From the IMG/VR virus record IMGVR_UViG_3300028840_004913, positions 1-64,000 of that record: a stretch of DNA of 64,000 nt. One strand, written 5' to 3'. Source of the DNA: a virus. Every line of letters starts with the position of its first letter. The first letter of the stretch is position 1. The notes beneath the pieces are model-generated. The model made no database searches, was not told where the DNA came from, and saw only the letters and a list, made by a program, of their open reading frames with translations. Of this stretch, positions 21,080 to 31,295 are shown in pieces. Both the position numbers and the translations under genes were made by a program.

Positions 21080-24000
21080 TATCTTTTCCCGAGCGCACCA
21101 AGATCGATCGAATAATCATATAACCATGTGTCGGTATCGACCTCATCGTTTTTAAGAACGATTGTCATATGAGTGACCTGAGTAGCGTTCACGACCAATC
21201 TGTGGCGCCTGACGTCGTCGCCTGCCTCTTCGGCTCCCATGTCAAGCTCAGCACCGTGGTCAGAATTTACGCGAGTATCCTCAAGGATATCAAAGGTTAA
21301 TAAGGCATCGTCTATCGCAAGCATCCGGATCCATACTTCTCTTAAGTCCAAAAGGGCAGCCGCTGCATTCAATTCGAGATATGCCTCAGCGACTATCTCG
21401 TCGCCATTATCATTAAGCCCGTAATTAAATCTGCTGGCCCATGATTTGCTGTAATTCATTTGAATTACTGGCAATGGACCGCTTCCGGCCTCAACCTCGC
21501 CGACGGTTGTCGGGGCGTTTGCATCATCCTCGAATGTATCGAAAAGCCAATCGCCTGTCGTTAGGTCGTATACCGGGAATATGTTTGGTAATTCAGCATC
21601 TTCTCCGGAGCAAATTCCAAACCTGACAACCTCGCATGAGCTATCATAGGCCGCCCAGGCGAGCCCCTCTTTTCCCCTGGTTATGCACTCGGGGAACCTC
21701 GGGTCAAAGTAATTCTGGATATCCTGCGAGATCCTCTTTACTATCCGGCCGTCTGTCTGGTATATGCCATACCTGCTTATCCAATATGCTCGAGTCTGAG
21801 CCGTTTCATCAGTCCTTATTACCGCACCCTCTGGACCATCGATAACAGTAACGGCATCCTCGTTTAGGGCTCCAACCCTCGTTGACAGAACGAGTCGTCC
21901 GAATGTAGATGGACTGTAACCCTCGAATATTGTTGTGCATCCACCGTCCATGCCTCGCTCTTCCTGGTGGACAAGGAGCTCGTTATGAAACTTTTTCATG
22001 GATGTTATCTTATTTGGGCGGCCGTCGCCGGCTCGCAGGATAGCGAAATCTGTTCCTGACAAGACATTCGGACCTATGCTCGAGGAGACATAAAGGTAAT
22101 GCGGGAACCGGTTAAAGGAATATGCACCGCGGTCCTTGAACGCAGCATTCGATATGCCTATCGCACCGAAGTCCTCTGAAACATTCGACATTATCGGCGC
22201 ATAAGATATTGATATGCTTACCTGTTCAGAGAGGGTTGTCGCTATCGATAGCTCTATGCGATACCAGTATAAAGCGAAATTTGCATCATTGAACCTGTGC
22301 TTCTCGACAAGCTTCTCGGATGTATAAAGGGTTATCTGGCCCTTCTCTGTGAACGCTGAGCTACCGTCATTGAATGACAACGGGGCGAATGCGGCTCCTG
22401 TCCATGCATCAATATCTGTTATCGTTGCTGCATTTCCATTAGGATTCTCACCCGGGTCAATCTCGAAGAACTGAACCTTCTCAGGGGTACCGATATAAAT
22501 TCTGTCGGCGCTGACAAGCTCATTAAGCACAACGGATCCTGCAGCATAAAGGAATGTCTTTCCCTCAGAGGCATCGTATACTTGCACCTCTGCCGGCAAT
22601 CGCATAATACCGTCCCACAGATTGTCGGTCAAAGACACGAAACCCATGTTACCGTATGTGATACTCGAAATCCTAACAGTACTCCACGCCGCTCCGTTGG
22701 GTGTAATTCTGTACCAGTAACCGGTGATACCGGCGAAGGTGGCCGGGACCTCCGTTAGCGCTTTTGTGAATTTTATAGTACCGCTTTGGCCGAGCCCGTC
22801 TGATCCGTCAAGGGTTGTATCAGATAAGATAGTTGCGGCACTCCAGCCACTCGAATATCCCCTCCAATACGACACCCTTGTCGGTGATGCAACGGTCTGT
22901 CCGGTATCTATCTGGAAATTCAATATATCCGCAGGGGTCTGGCAGCATATCATGAGGCCGACGTCTGTCGACGCCAAACTTCCTACCAGGGCGCTTAGGC
23001 TGTCATTTCCGACTACCTGCTCCCAAATATCGTAACCCTCTGATAACACATTAAAATTTGTTCCATATGTTCCGTCGTCCCAATTTGCACCTTTTATCTT
23101 TTGCCTGTTTCCAGCCCACAACTGGTGCTGAGATACAGAATCAGAGAATAGCATTATTCCATCTATATCCGCATAACTTGCCGGATACAGTATGGTTTCA
23201 CCAGAATCAAAAAATAGAGGGCCAAACGGACCAGCCGTGTATGCCGGTGGCGTGTTTGTCGCCTTCAACACAATACCGTCAGATAGCTGGACAAAAGTAT
23301 GTCGCTCATAATCAGCGGTATCCGGATCCTCTTCCCAGGCTTTTGTGAATTGCCAATTCGAAATAGGGAACCGATCGATAGATGCGTACCCCGTCCACAA
23401 TGGAATATCAGGGTGGCAAACAGGTGGGCTGTCGGCAGCGCCGAGCCGAGGGGCATATGCGTAAAGGGTGTTTGTCGGAGTCGGCGGGTCATTCAGGTAG
23501 TCAAAAGAGTAATTCATGAACATAATGCCCATTACCGTGCCAGGTCCATAAACTCCAGCGAGGACGTTGTTTATATACTGGATTCCATCGGTATTGAATT
23601 CGAAAATATATTCAACCCCCGGGACTCCGGATGGGACATAAATATCGTCAGATATCAGCAGGTAATTTGTGAAGTCATAGAATACGTCAGGGATATCAGA
23701 TGCCAATGGTACCTGTGCCGTAACGTCTACCATGCAGATATCACCATAATTAAAATTTGGTGGACCGCCAAGTAGCGTGACGATATCGACTGCAGTCTCT
23801 ATTCTTAGCTGTGCACCCGTTATTGTCTTTCCGACAAAATTGGATATATCGAACATCAGGATCGCCCTTGAATTCTGAGCGGCGAAGCCATAATCTACCG
23901 TATATATTGGAGAATCTTCAATTGTAGGATCTCCAGCAAGGATCCTCGAGGCTCCACCATTTCTGGCCTCAGCCCATGAATTCGCAGATGCTGTCCAAAC

Positions 24001-24258
24001 AACATCCGAGAAATGCGCCGGGGAGCCATTCGCCGGGACATCCGTACCGCATTGCGATTCTTCGAATGAATCAAAGGCCTCGAGGTGTAGGGATTCCATC
24101 CCTCCGCGCTTCCTGATCCCAGGATAGTAATTTCTGAAGTTATTACAAACGCTTAATTCACCAAGGCTCAACTGAGCAGCCGGCCGGCGGGTTACTGTCC
24201 GAGCATGAAATTTATTGTAACCACCGACTTGAAAACGATCTTTTATGAATTTATCCAT
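21079..24258 (-). CDS. Tail tubular B / nozzle-like protein with inserted domains
   Basis: NNFRNYYPGIRKRGG N-terminus, propeller-like C-terminus (AYWISRYGIY.TDG), synteny. Confidence 0.7.
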   Translation of the reverse strand: MDKFIKDRFQVGGYNKFHARTVTRRPAAQLSLGELSVCNNFRNYYPGIRKRGGMESLHLEAFDSFEESQCGTDVPANGSPAHFSDVVWTASANSWAEARNGGASRILAGDPTIEDSPIYTVDYGFAAQNSRAILMFDISNFVGKTITGAQLRIETAVDIVTLLGGPPNFNYGDICMVDVTAQVPLASDIPDVFYDFTNYLLISDDIYVPSGVPGVEYIFEFNTDGIQYINNVLAGVYGPGTVMGIMFMNYSFDYLNDPPTPTNTLYAYAPRLGAADSPPVCHPDIPLWTGYASIDRFPISNWQFTKAWEEDPDTADYERHTFVQLSDGIVLKATNTPPAYTAGPFGPLFFDSGETILYPASYADIDGIMLFSDSVSQHQLWAGNRQKIKGANWDDGTYGTNFNVLSEGYDIWEQVVGNDSLSALVGSLASTDVGLMICCQTPADILNFQIDTGQTVASPTRVSYWRGYSSGWSAATILSDTTLDGSDGLGQSGTIKFTKALTEVPATFAGITGYWYRITPNGAAWSTVRISSITYGNMGFVSLTDNLWDGIMRLPAEVQVYDASEGKTFLYAAGSVVLNELVSADRIYIGTPEKVQFFEIDPGENPNGNAATITDIDAWTGAAFAPLSFNDGSSAFTEKGQITLYTSEKLVEKHRFNDANFALYWYRIELSIATTLSEQVSISISYAPIMSNVSEDFGAIGISNAAFKDRGAYSFNRFPHYLYVSSSIGPNVLSGTDFAILRAGDGRPNKITSMKKFHNELLVHQEERGMDGGCTTIFEGYSPSTFGRLVLSTRVGALNEDAVTVIDGPEGAVIRTDETAQTRAYWISRYGIYQTDGRIVKRISQDIQNYFDPRFPECITRGKEGLAWAAYDSSCEVVRFGICSGEDAELPNIFPVYDLTTGDWLFDTFEDDANAPTTVGEVEAGSGPLPVIQMNYSKSWASRFNYGLNDNGDEIVAEAYLELNAAAALLDLREVWIRMLAIDDALLTFDILEDTRVNSDHGAELDMGAEEAGDDVRRHRLVVNATQVTHMTIVLKNDEVDTDTWLYDYSIDLGALGKR

Positions 24259-25002
24259 TTAGAATACCCAGGAGCTTCCGCGGGATCCTCCGAAATGCGG
24301 GAATTGAACCTGAGTAGTCCGACGGGTATAGCCCGATTGCTTTTTGCTCTTCGCCTCGGTAACCCACGAATCATATTCAGCCCCTTTAATCTTCCCGAGC
24401 TCTTCATTGGACCACGGTTTATTTGTGAGTTGCATTAGGTTAGCGGCTATCCCGATCCCGAGCTCAGTTTTATACTGCTTGTAAAAAAAGTCCGGAAATT
24501 CGATAGCTTCATGACCAGGCATCAATATCAATCTCGCCTCAATCCCATCTGGAGCGGAATCCAATTCTGGAGTCGGATAAAGTAATAAAGTCTCTTCGAG
24601 CTCATCGTAATAAAAATTTGTTGGCTCGCTTCCTGTGAAGTATTGCCATCCTCCGGAATTCTTTCCAGGTACGTTCTCAACCCACGCCCTGAGAGGAGGA
24701 AGGTCGCGGTATGAATCAGAATCCTCGCCATCTGACTTGTACTTTACACTCTCGACAAGGACTATATCTGCAGCGTCGTCGTCCGGCTCCTGAGGAATTA
24801 ATGCGCTCAGTTTATAATAATTCGTCCCGGCGATAACATCGAACGATACATCGTACCACCACAAGGCAGTCCGCTTACAAAAGTCCCTCATGAGGTCGCG
24901 GATCTCGTCCAGCAATAGGGTCTGGTAATTCGCGTTATCTATCCCCTTGCAATATTTAGCGACCTCGTCTTGCCATCCGGCAAGGAATCCTATATTTGCC
25001 AT
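24259..25002 (-). CDS. Tail tubular A / head-tail adaptor
   Basis: RDFCKRT.LW, LLLYPTP, KPWSN motifs; ATG at 25002. Confidence 0.75.
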   Translation of the reverse strand: MANIGFLAGWQDEVAKYCKGIDNANYQTLLLDEIRDLMRDFCKRTALWWYDVSFDVIAGTNYYKLSALIPQEPDDDAADIVLVESVKYKSDGEDSDSYRDLPPLRAWVENVPGKNSGGWQYFTGSEPTNFYYDELEETLLLYPTPELDSAPDGIEARLILMPGHEAIEFPDFFYKQYKTELGIGIAANLMQLTNKPWSNEELGKIKGAEYDSWVTEAKSKKQSGYTRRTTQVQFPHFGGSRGSSWVF

Positions 25003-25003
25003 A

Positions 25004-25672
25004 TTAATCCTCGCTTCTGATGAATAGCTTTCCGTGCTTCGAGAGCTCTTCAATCATTAGGATCGCCTGCTCGCGGAGCTCCTGAAGATCATCCATCGGT
25101 ATCAGGTTGACCTTGTATTTCTCCAGCATGTAGGCTTCCAGGGTATTCGGCTTTCTGAATTTATGAAGGCGCTTTATCTCATCCTCTGCCATCATGGCCT
25201 GTGTTTTCATGGCGTCCGAAATTTTTGTGCCTTCATCGGCCGGGGCAACAACCGATAGGATATCATTTTCCTCGAGATATCCATCATCGTCGATACCAAT
25301 CTCACCGGCGACATCTTCCTGCGTTAAGGCTACTTCCGGATTCTCTTCGCCAGGTGGAAGGGTTTCGCTCTCACCGTCGTCCTTTATCAATCCGGTTTGA
25401 GCCACCTTTATCTCAAGATCTGGCTCCGCGGCCTCTGCTGCCGCGAGCTCCTCGATCTCTTTTTCCTCGTCTACACGCAGGCGAATTTTCCCACCGCGAG
25501 CGGCAATTTTCTTTTCGAGATCTCCCTCAAGCCATTTTTCATACTGCGCCGGAGACATCGGAAAGCAGTCTGCTCGCTGAGCAAGCCCGACAGTCCAGAT
25601 ATGTACCCGCTCACTCCCATTAGGCAATCTCTGCAAAAGATATTTAGCCCTGACAATTTGCTTTTCTTTCAT
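25004..25672 (-). CDS. Hypothetical acidic protein
   Basis: ORF with GGGGG RBS between head and tail genes. Confidence 0.7.
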   Translation of the reverse strand: MKEKQIVRAKYLLQRLPNGSERVHIWTVGLAQRADCFPMSPAQYEKWLEGDLEKKIAARGGKIRLRVDEEKEIEELAAAEAAEPDLEIKVAQTGLIKDDGESETLPPGEENPEVALTQEDVAGEIGIDDDGYLEENDILSVVAPADEGTKISDAMKTQAMMAEDEIKRLHKFRKPNTLEAYMLEKYKVNLIPMDDLQELREQAILMIEELSKHGKLFIRSED

Positions 25673-25779
25673 GATAACCCCCCTTATTTATTATGTATTC
25701 GTTATTCGAGAACTGAAAAAATAAAGGGGAGGCAGCATGGCCACCACCCCTTTATAGGATGAAAATATAAATTAACGGC

Positions 25780-26397
25780 TTAGTTAATAAGCTCACCGCC
25801 GTATGGAACAAGGTTATTCGAAAACCCGTATACCTCGTTGTCCATAACCTGGAAGCCGAACATAAAAAGCTGCAGCTTCAGGGTATCCATTAAAGGATAA
25901 TCCGTCTCTGCCAGGGTAAGGATCGTCAGGTCAATCGACGTATCGCCGATTGCAAGATACCCAGGAATCGCAGATACGGCGGGAGAAGCGGGAGACGGAG
26001 AAATAAAGCCGGCGTAATAAACGCCACCCAAATACAGATCTCCGGTGTCGACAAGAAACTGTGGGTTAGCGGTAACGTCACCGGCAACGTCTTTGATGAT
26101 CAGATCATCCGTGTTATCTCCGAGGGCGAGAATATTTCCTTCCTCTGTCCCTGCATAATCGTCGTCGATAACAAAACCGGCATTCATGATCATGAAGCCA
26201 CGCTTCACGTTGAAGATCTCGTATACATCCTCAGCGACGATCTCGGCGGGTACTGCATCAAGTCCGGTGGCCGGATTTACCAACTTGGTTTCTCCGGAAA
26301 GGACCTTGGCGAAGTCAAGGGTAACACGCTCGACATGGAATCCAAAGGCATCATAGGCATGATTTACTCCGCTGCCTTTAAAAGCATAGGTGCTCAT
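25780..26397 (-). CDS. Putative capsid-associated/decoration protein
   Basis: Follows the capsid gene; strong RBS. Confidence 0.6.
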   Translation of the reverse strand: MSTYAFKGSGVNHAYDAFGFHVERVTLDFAKVLSGETKLVNPATGLDAVPAEIVAEDVYEIFNVKRGFMIMNAGFVIDDDYAGTEEGNILALGDNTDDLIIKDVAGDVTANPQFLVDTGDLYLGGVYYAGFISPSPASPAVSAIPGYLAIGDTSIDLTILTLAETDYPLMDTLKLQLFMFGFQVMDNEVYGFSNNLVPYGGELIN

Positions 26398-26519
26398 ATT
26401 GTAACCTCCTGAAAAGGGTAAAGATTTTAATTTGGGACGGAGCCATACTAACCGCTTTTAAGCCTGCGTTCTGGCTCCGGCCACGGGGGGGATGTTTAAT
26501 CCCTCGGGATTAACTTGGA

Positions 26520-27437
26520 TTAACCCTTCCGAACGTACATGTCGACCAGGGATTCCGGTTTCAGAACCTCGTAACCGTACACGTTCAGACCGCGCACCAG
26601 GGTACCAAAGGTACTTTCGGCTCGCAGGCTTTCCATTTTGGTCATTTGGGCGGCGAAAGAAATCGCGCTCTTATGACCGGCAATCGGATGATAGGCGCGG
26701 AATGCACCATCGGCCACGCTTGTCAGCAAGTTGCTGGCATAGATGGTGAACCGATCGATCATGCCGATCCGTCCATTTCGCAGGATGCTGGTGCCGTCGC
26801 CGGCCAGGGAAGCATCCTTAAGGTCGGACTTCAGAATCATACCGCACATCCACGGAGGCAGTACCATCCATCTGGAGTCCTCAGGAATATTCTGTTCGTC
26901 GAGGACAGTACCGACGTCCACGATGAAGTCCAGAATGTTGGCCTTGGTAATTGCAACCGGGGCACCGGTCACGCCAAGGTCGAAGGAAGCGGAGTCCGCA
27001 CCCGCGGTGGCGCCTTGGTTGGCTGCGTCCGCATCGGCGTAAACGTCTCCCAGGAATTCACGATCGACGACGATCTTCATTTGCTGACCGGCGTCTCTGG
27101 ACCAGGAGTCCATCAGGGCGATATCGGTTTGATGCTTGTCGATATCATCGCAGATCATATTGAAATACTTGGCTTTATCGATCAGGAGCTCTTTATTCGG
27201 AGCTTCGGGCCGTTGGATCTGCAGGCTCTGGCCTTTGTTATAATCACGGATGATGATGTCAGGCACAGTCCGGATAATGACTTTGTCGCCTTTATCCTTG
27301 ATCTCACCTTCATAATCCGTATTCGAAATTGCAGCGATCACGGTCGCGGCGTAAAACTTAACGAGCAATTTGCCCGACCAAATCTCCGGAATAAAAGTAC
27401 CGGAGTATTGCGGGGTACCAGGGGCGGCTGGAATCAT
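26520..27437 (-). CDS. Major capsid protein
   Basis: FIPEIWSGKLL..NTDYEGEI..GDKV.I..VRGLNVYG motifs; GGAGG before ATG 27437. Confidence 0.9.
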   Translation of the reverse strand: MIPAAPGTPQYSGTFIPEIWSGKLLVKFYAATVIAAISNTDYEGEIKDKGDKVIIRTVPDIIIRDYNKGQSLQIQRPEAPNKELLIDKAKYFNMICDDIDKHQTDIALMDSWSRDAGQQMKIVVDREFLGDVYADADAANQGATAGADSASFDLGVTGAPVAITKANILDFIVDVGTVLDEQNIPEDSRWMVLPPWMCGMILKSDLKDASLAGDGTSILRNGRIGMIDRFTIYASNLLTSVADGAFRAYHPIAGHKSAISFAAQMTKMESLRAESTFGTLVRGLNVYGYEVLKPESLVDMYVRKG

Positions 27438-27507
27438 TGTATTTCCTCCCAAAATTTAGAGAATTATTATTTGCGGTAGCGGGAGGATCAGAAAGGCCGG
27501 TCAAGCC

Positions 27508-28644
27508 TTATGAGACTAATCCTGCACCGATTGCCGCTTGAAAACGATTGCTTACCTTATCGAATTCGGCCTCGGTAATTTTTTGAGTCGTGAAGAGCTT
27601 CTTTGCTCTGTTAAACTCATCCCGGGTTGCATACTTGGTTTTATCCAGGGCTGCATTACCGGTTTCGTCACCTATCGCGCCTGTGGCGTCTGGCACCAGA
27701 AGGTGCGCTTTTTTATCCCTCGCGGGAGCCTTATTCGAAATATTCTGAGCCGGTGTAACCCCGCTCTCTTGCAGATATCTATTGAACACGGCGAGCACCC
27801 TTTGAGAATTTAACGAATGGGCACTCTGTAGCAATATCTGCTTTCGAGGATAGCCGGTCATTGGATCCGGCTGGTCGCACCATGCCAAAAACTTCGGATC
27901 ATGGTTAATGGTCTGCCATTCAGGTAGCGCCGACGTAAGCTCATCAAAGTATTTGTCCGTTGCGGACTTGACTGTCAATTTCTCAACAGTCTCGAATCTT
28001 TGGAGAAACTCATCATCATGGCCTGCCGACTGTGCTGGCTGACCGGATCCCTCGAGCTTCGCGTAAAGCTGAGCGATCAAATCTGCCTGGCTGTTGAATC
28101 CCTGCGCCAGGCGAATAACCTCGTCACCGTATCCGTCCATTTCATCGAGATCGATCTTTGATGTAGCCTTTGCGACAAGGTCGCTTGCCGGCGCTGCAGC
28201 CCGTGGTGCTCTGGTCTGCTCATCAAGGATCTTCTCAAGACGCTCGATAACTTTCTGCGAGTTGTTAAGTTGACCCTGCATATCGATTTGCGCTGAGCGC
28301 ATTTCGCTTATTTCACGATTATACTTACCCTGCAGGACCCTGTACTTCTGCTCCCAATCTCCCCCGGTGGCCGGAATGTCTGGAGTAGGAATTGCTTCCG
28401 CTCCAACCTCCTGACTCGTAACGCTTAAATCGATCTCCTTGTCCTGGGCAACCGGATCCTCTTCGGGATCGTCGGCCGGATCTGGATGAGTCGGCTTTAA
28501 AACTTTATCCGGCTCTATCTGCTGGTCATTTGGACCAGGCTCGAGGTCCTTTCCAGCAGCCTTTGCGATTAAAGCGTTTGCTGCAGCTTCCTGTGCGGAT
28601 ACTGCAGAGGGAATTTCGGGTTCATGAATCTTTTTTTTGGGCAT
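27508..28644 (-). CDS. Capsid scaffolding protein
   Basis: WEQKYRVLQGKYN and PEWQTINHDPKFLAW motifs; upstream of the capsid gene. Confidence 0.8.
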   Translation of the reverse strand: MPKKKIHEPEIPSAVSAQEAAANALIAKAAGKDLEPGPNDQQIEPDKVLKPTHPDPADDPEEDPVAQDKEIDLSVTSQEVGAEAIPTPDIPATGGDWEQKYRVLQGKYNREISEMRSAQIDMQGQLNNSQKVIERLEKILDEQTRAPRAAAPASDLVAKATSKIDLDEMDGYGDEVIRLAQGFNSQADLIAQLYAKLEGSGQPAQSAGHDDEFLQRFETVEKLTVKSATDKYFDELTSALPEWQTINHDPKFLAWCDQPDPMTGYPRKQILLQSAHSLNSQRVLAVFNRYLQESGVTPAQNISNKAPARDKKAHLLVPDATGAIGDETGNAALDKTKYATRDEFNRAKKLFTTQKITEAEFDKVSNRFQAAIGAGLVS

Positions 28645-28825
28645 TTTTGCCTCCTTTTGAGCCGCCGAAGCGGTATTCAAAGTCTATGACCGGAGCCAAT
28701 TGGTATTCCGATCAAGGTTGAGGGAGATAGCCCAACCAAAAAATACAATAAATTCAACTACTTGAACTTAAAGAGATCCGCTATGCGGTCTTTGGTTGAC
28801 CCCCCTTGCAACTACCTTATACATT

Positions 28826-28841
28826 ACATATACCGTGTCAA
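28826..28841 (-). promoter_or_regulatory. Compact TTGACA-N5-TAT motif upstream of scaffold/capsid
   Basis: TTGACA-cggta-TATGT. Confidence 0.45.
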
Positions 28842-28854
28842 GCAATATTTCCTT

Positions 28855-29049
28855 TTATTCCGACTGTTTAGACATGTCCTCGTCGCTTTCTTCAAACCGA
28901 GGATTCCTATCGGAAAGAAAGTAGTATCCCCACCCCATATATGGATCGAATAAAAGCCCAGGGACACCAACGGCTCCTGGGCATTTATCCTGCTCTGGAT
29001 TAATATAAAGATCCATTTGTGTAAAACTCGTATCTTCTGGCGATATCAT
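28855..29049 (-). CDS. Hypothetical protein
   Basis: Short ORF in the operon. Confidence 0.45.
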   Translation of the reverse strand: MISPEDTSFTQMDLYINPEQDKCPGAVGVPGLLFDPYMGWGYYFLSDRNPRFEESDEDMSKQSE

Positions 29050-29395
29050 TCACGGAGATCTTTCCCATGAATAGGACTATCTCGCCGTTTTTATAGAGGT
29101 ATGTCCCATTCCTGGAATCATCCTCAGCATTTGCTTTTGTCTCGACAACGACATTGTGCCTTTTAAGGATCTCGTCCCATTCGGCGCCGGCCTGCTCAGC
29201 GGTTAGCATCCTCTTCCGGAAGCTGTCCATCGTCTCCTCGATATCGATCGCTGTGCATTTCCGCAGGGCGATCCTGAGCATTTGCCCCTGGACACCAACG
29301 AGAACGGCTCTGGATTTATCCATAATCCGCTCTAATTCCAGGCTCATGAAGTTGTCGACATCCCTCGACTTTAGATCTTCCAGCCTGTCACCCAT
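29000..29395 (-). CDS. Hypothetical protein
   Basis: TAATG-coupled ORF. Confidence 0.7.
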   Translation of the reverse strand: MGDRLEDLKSRDVDNFMSLELERIMDKSRAVLVGVQGQMLRIALRKCTAIDIEETMDSFRKRMLTAEQAGAEWDEILKRHNVVVETKANAEDDSRNGTYLYKNGEIVLFMGKISVNDIARRYEFYTNGSLY

Positions 29396-29652
29396 TATTC
29401 GGCCTCCCCATCTTTAGGAACTGAAATATCCTTTTGGGAATTATTATTCCCTTTTATCTGCGAGGATTTTTCCTTGGTAATGTAGCGGCATACAAGCCCG
29501 GGCTTTTGCTCTGTCCCGACAAAGGTTATGGATGGGATAAGAACGCACGAATGCTTTTTTAATACTGCCTGGATCTCCTCGAGGCACCTTCTCGCGTGAA
29601 GCTCTTTAACCATTTCCTGTGTTGCTTCTGGTACTTTTGATTCATCTGACAT
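29395..29652 (-). CDS. Hypothetical protein
   Basis: GGGGGGTTACA RBS. Confidence 0.7.
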   Translation of the reverse strand: MSDESKVPEATQEMVKELHARRCLEEIQAVLKKHSCVLIPSITFVGTEQKPGLVCRYITKEKSSQIKGNNNSQKDISVPKDGEAE

Positions 29653-29679
29653 TTTGTAACCCCCCTATTTATTTAGATT

Positions 29680-31281
29680 TTATTTTACAACTTCCTGCCG
29701 AGAGCCAATAGTATCTGACTCGTAATGTATATCAAATTCAAGAAGAACTGGTCTTTCACCGGCTCCATTATTGGCCCAGGTATCGTCAGCGCCTGTATCG
29801 CTTCTGTAAATCCTGAGCATGATAATATGTGAAATAGTCAGACCTGTCCCGTCGACGACAACGCTTGAAGTAAGCTCATGCTGATGATTAACGCCAGAGC
29901 AAACGTCCTGTAGGTCTACAGTCGCGGATGCACCGAAAACACCATTTGGGTTTGCAATCGAATAATCAACCTTCCACCCTACAGATTTTCCGCTTTCTGT
30001 AACACCCCTGTCCTTCGGGGTCCAATGTATATGGAAGTTCAGGTCCGTTCCCTCTCTATATGAATGGGGCATTTGACAAGAAGCGAAAACCTCATCGTCA
30101 ATATTAAACTCATAAACCTGGAATGTAGCGCCAGCACCACCAGGCTGCCAGCCAGTAAGGGTTGGATCAGATGAGCCAGCAAAGTCGAATGCGCCAGGGA
30201 CTATCCTAAGATCATCCCAAACGCTCTCTTCTAAAACGGCTGTCTGGTTAGCGCCACAATCGATAGTAAGGTCGCCAGCGGTTTCAATCTCTGGAGTCGT
30301 CACCTTTCCGACGTTGACTCCGCTCGCCGCCTGGGTGGCACCGGATGACACGATAGCTGAGGCATCATCAGCGAGAACATCCCCGGTCAAATCTCCAGAA
30401 ACATCCCCGTCGACATCCCCTGTCAAATCACCATTAAAGCCGCCTGCTCCCGCCGTAATTGTGCCAGCGTTTACCGAGCTATTCGCTATATCGGCGCCTG
30501 CTGTTATGATGGCCGCGGCATCGTCGGCGATAACATCACCATTATGGATACCAGCGAGATTTCCATTGAACCCGCCGGTTCCAGCGGTTATTGTCCCGGC
30601 CTCGACCGAGCTATTCTCAATATCGGCACCGCTCGAGACAATCGCCGCGGCGTCACCAGCGAGAACATTACCTGTTATATCGCCTGTAACATCACCCGAT
30701 ACATCCCCGGTCACGTTGCCTGAAAGGTCGCCGTTGAATCCACCAACGCCGGCCGTTATGGTCCCGGCCTCGACAGAACTGTTCGCTATGTCTGCCCCTA
30801 TTGTGACGACGGGATTTTCGTCCGCGGCCAGAACACTCCCGAGTATATTCCCGACAAAGTATCCTGCTCCCATTATCTGGATGATACCCGCTGCTATTTC
30901 GCTCGTTTCCTGGTCTGGTCCAGATAAAACAACCGGCGAGCCATCCTCGGCCAATACATCGGCTGTCAAAAAGGCATCTGTCCCGTCCGTGCCATTGTCT
31001 AAAACCGTTAGTCCGTTCGCAGATAAAACATCACCCCTTAGGTCTGCTATTGCAAGGGCATCTGTCCCGTCCGTGCCGTGCTCGAACACAACGGTACCGT
31101 CCTCTGAAACTATATCGCCCTTGATATCAATTTCGATATATCCGTCTACTGCAGCGTCTGCCAGGATATTCAAATCATCTGCAGAAGCGACAACCAGAAC
31201 GCCGAGATCGCCTACACCCTCACCGAGGAATAGACGAATTGCATGGGTATCTTTAAAGAATGCATCTTCGCGCCAACTCAT
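29680..31281 (-). CDS. Putative head fibre with Gly-Asp repeats
   Basis: GD[VLI][TS] and GADI.NSSV.AGTITAG.GGFNG repeats; N-terminal motif shared with neighbours. Confidence 0.65.
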   Translation of the reverse strand: MSWREDAFFKDTHAIRLFLGEGVGDLGVLVVASADDLNILADAAVDGYIEIDIKGDIVSEDGTVVFEHGTDGTDALAIADLRGDVLSANGLTVLDNGTDGTDAFLTADVLAEDGSPVVLSGPDQETSEIAAGIIQIMGAGYFVGNILGSVLAADENPVVTIGADIANSSVEAGTITAGVGGFNGDLSGNVTGDVSGDVTGDITGNVLAGDAAAIVSSGADIENSSVEAGTITAGTGGFNGNLAGIHNGDVIADDAAAIITAGADIANSSVNAGTITAGAGGFNGDLTGDVDGDVSGDLTGDVLADDASAIVSSGATQAASGVNVGKVTTPEIETAGDLTIDCGANQTAVLEESVWDDLRIVPGAFDFAGSSDPTLTGWQPGGAGATFQVYEFNIDDEVFASCQMPHSYREGTDLNFHIHWTPKDRGVTESGKSVGWKVDYSIANPNGVFGASATVDLQDVCSGVNHQHELTSSVVVDGTGLTISHIIMLRIYRSDTGADDTWANNGAGERPVLLEFDIHYESDTIGSRQEVVK

Positions 31282-31295
31282 TTAATTACCTCTCT

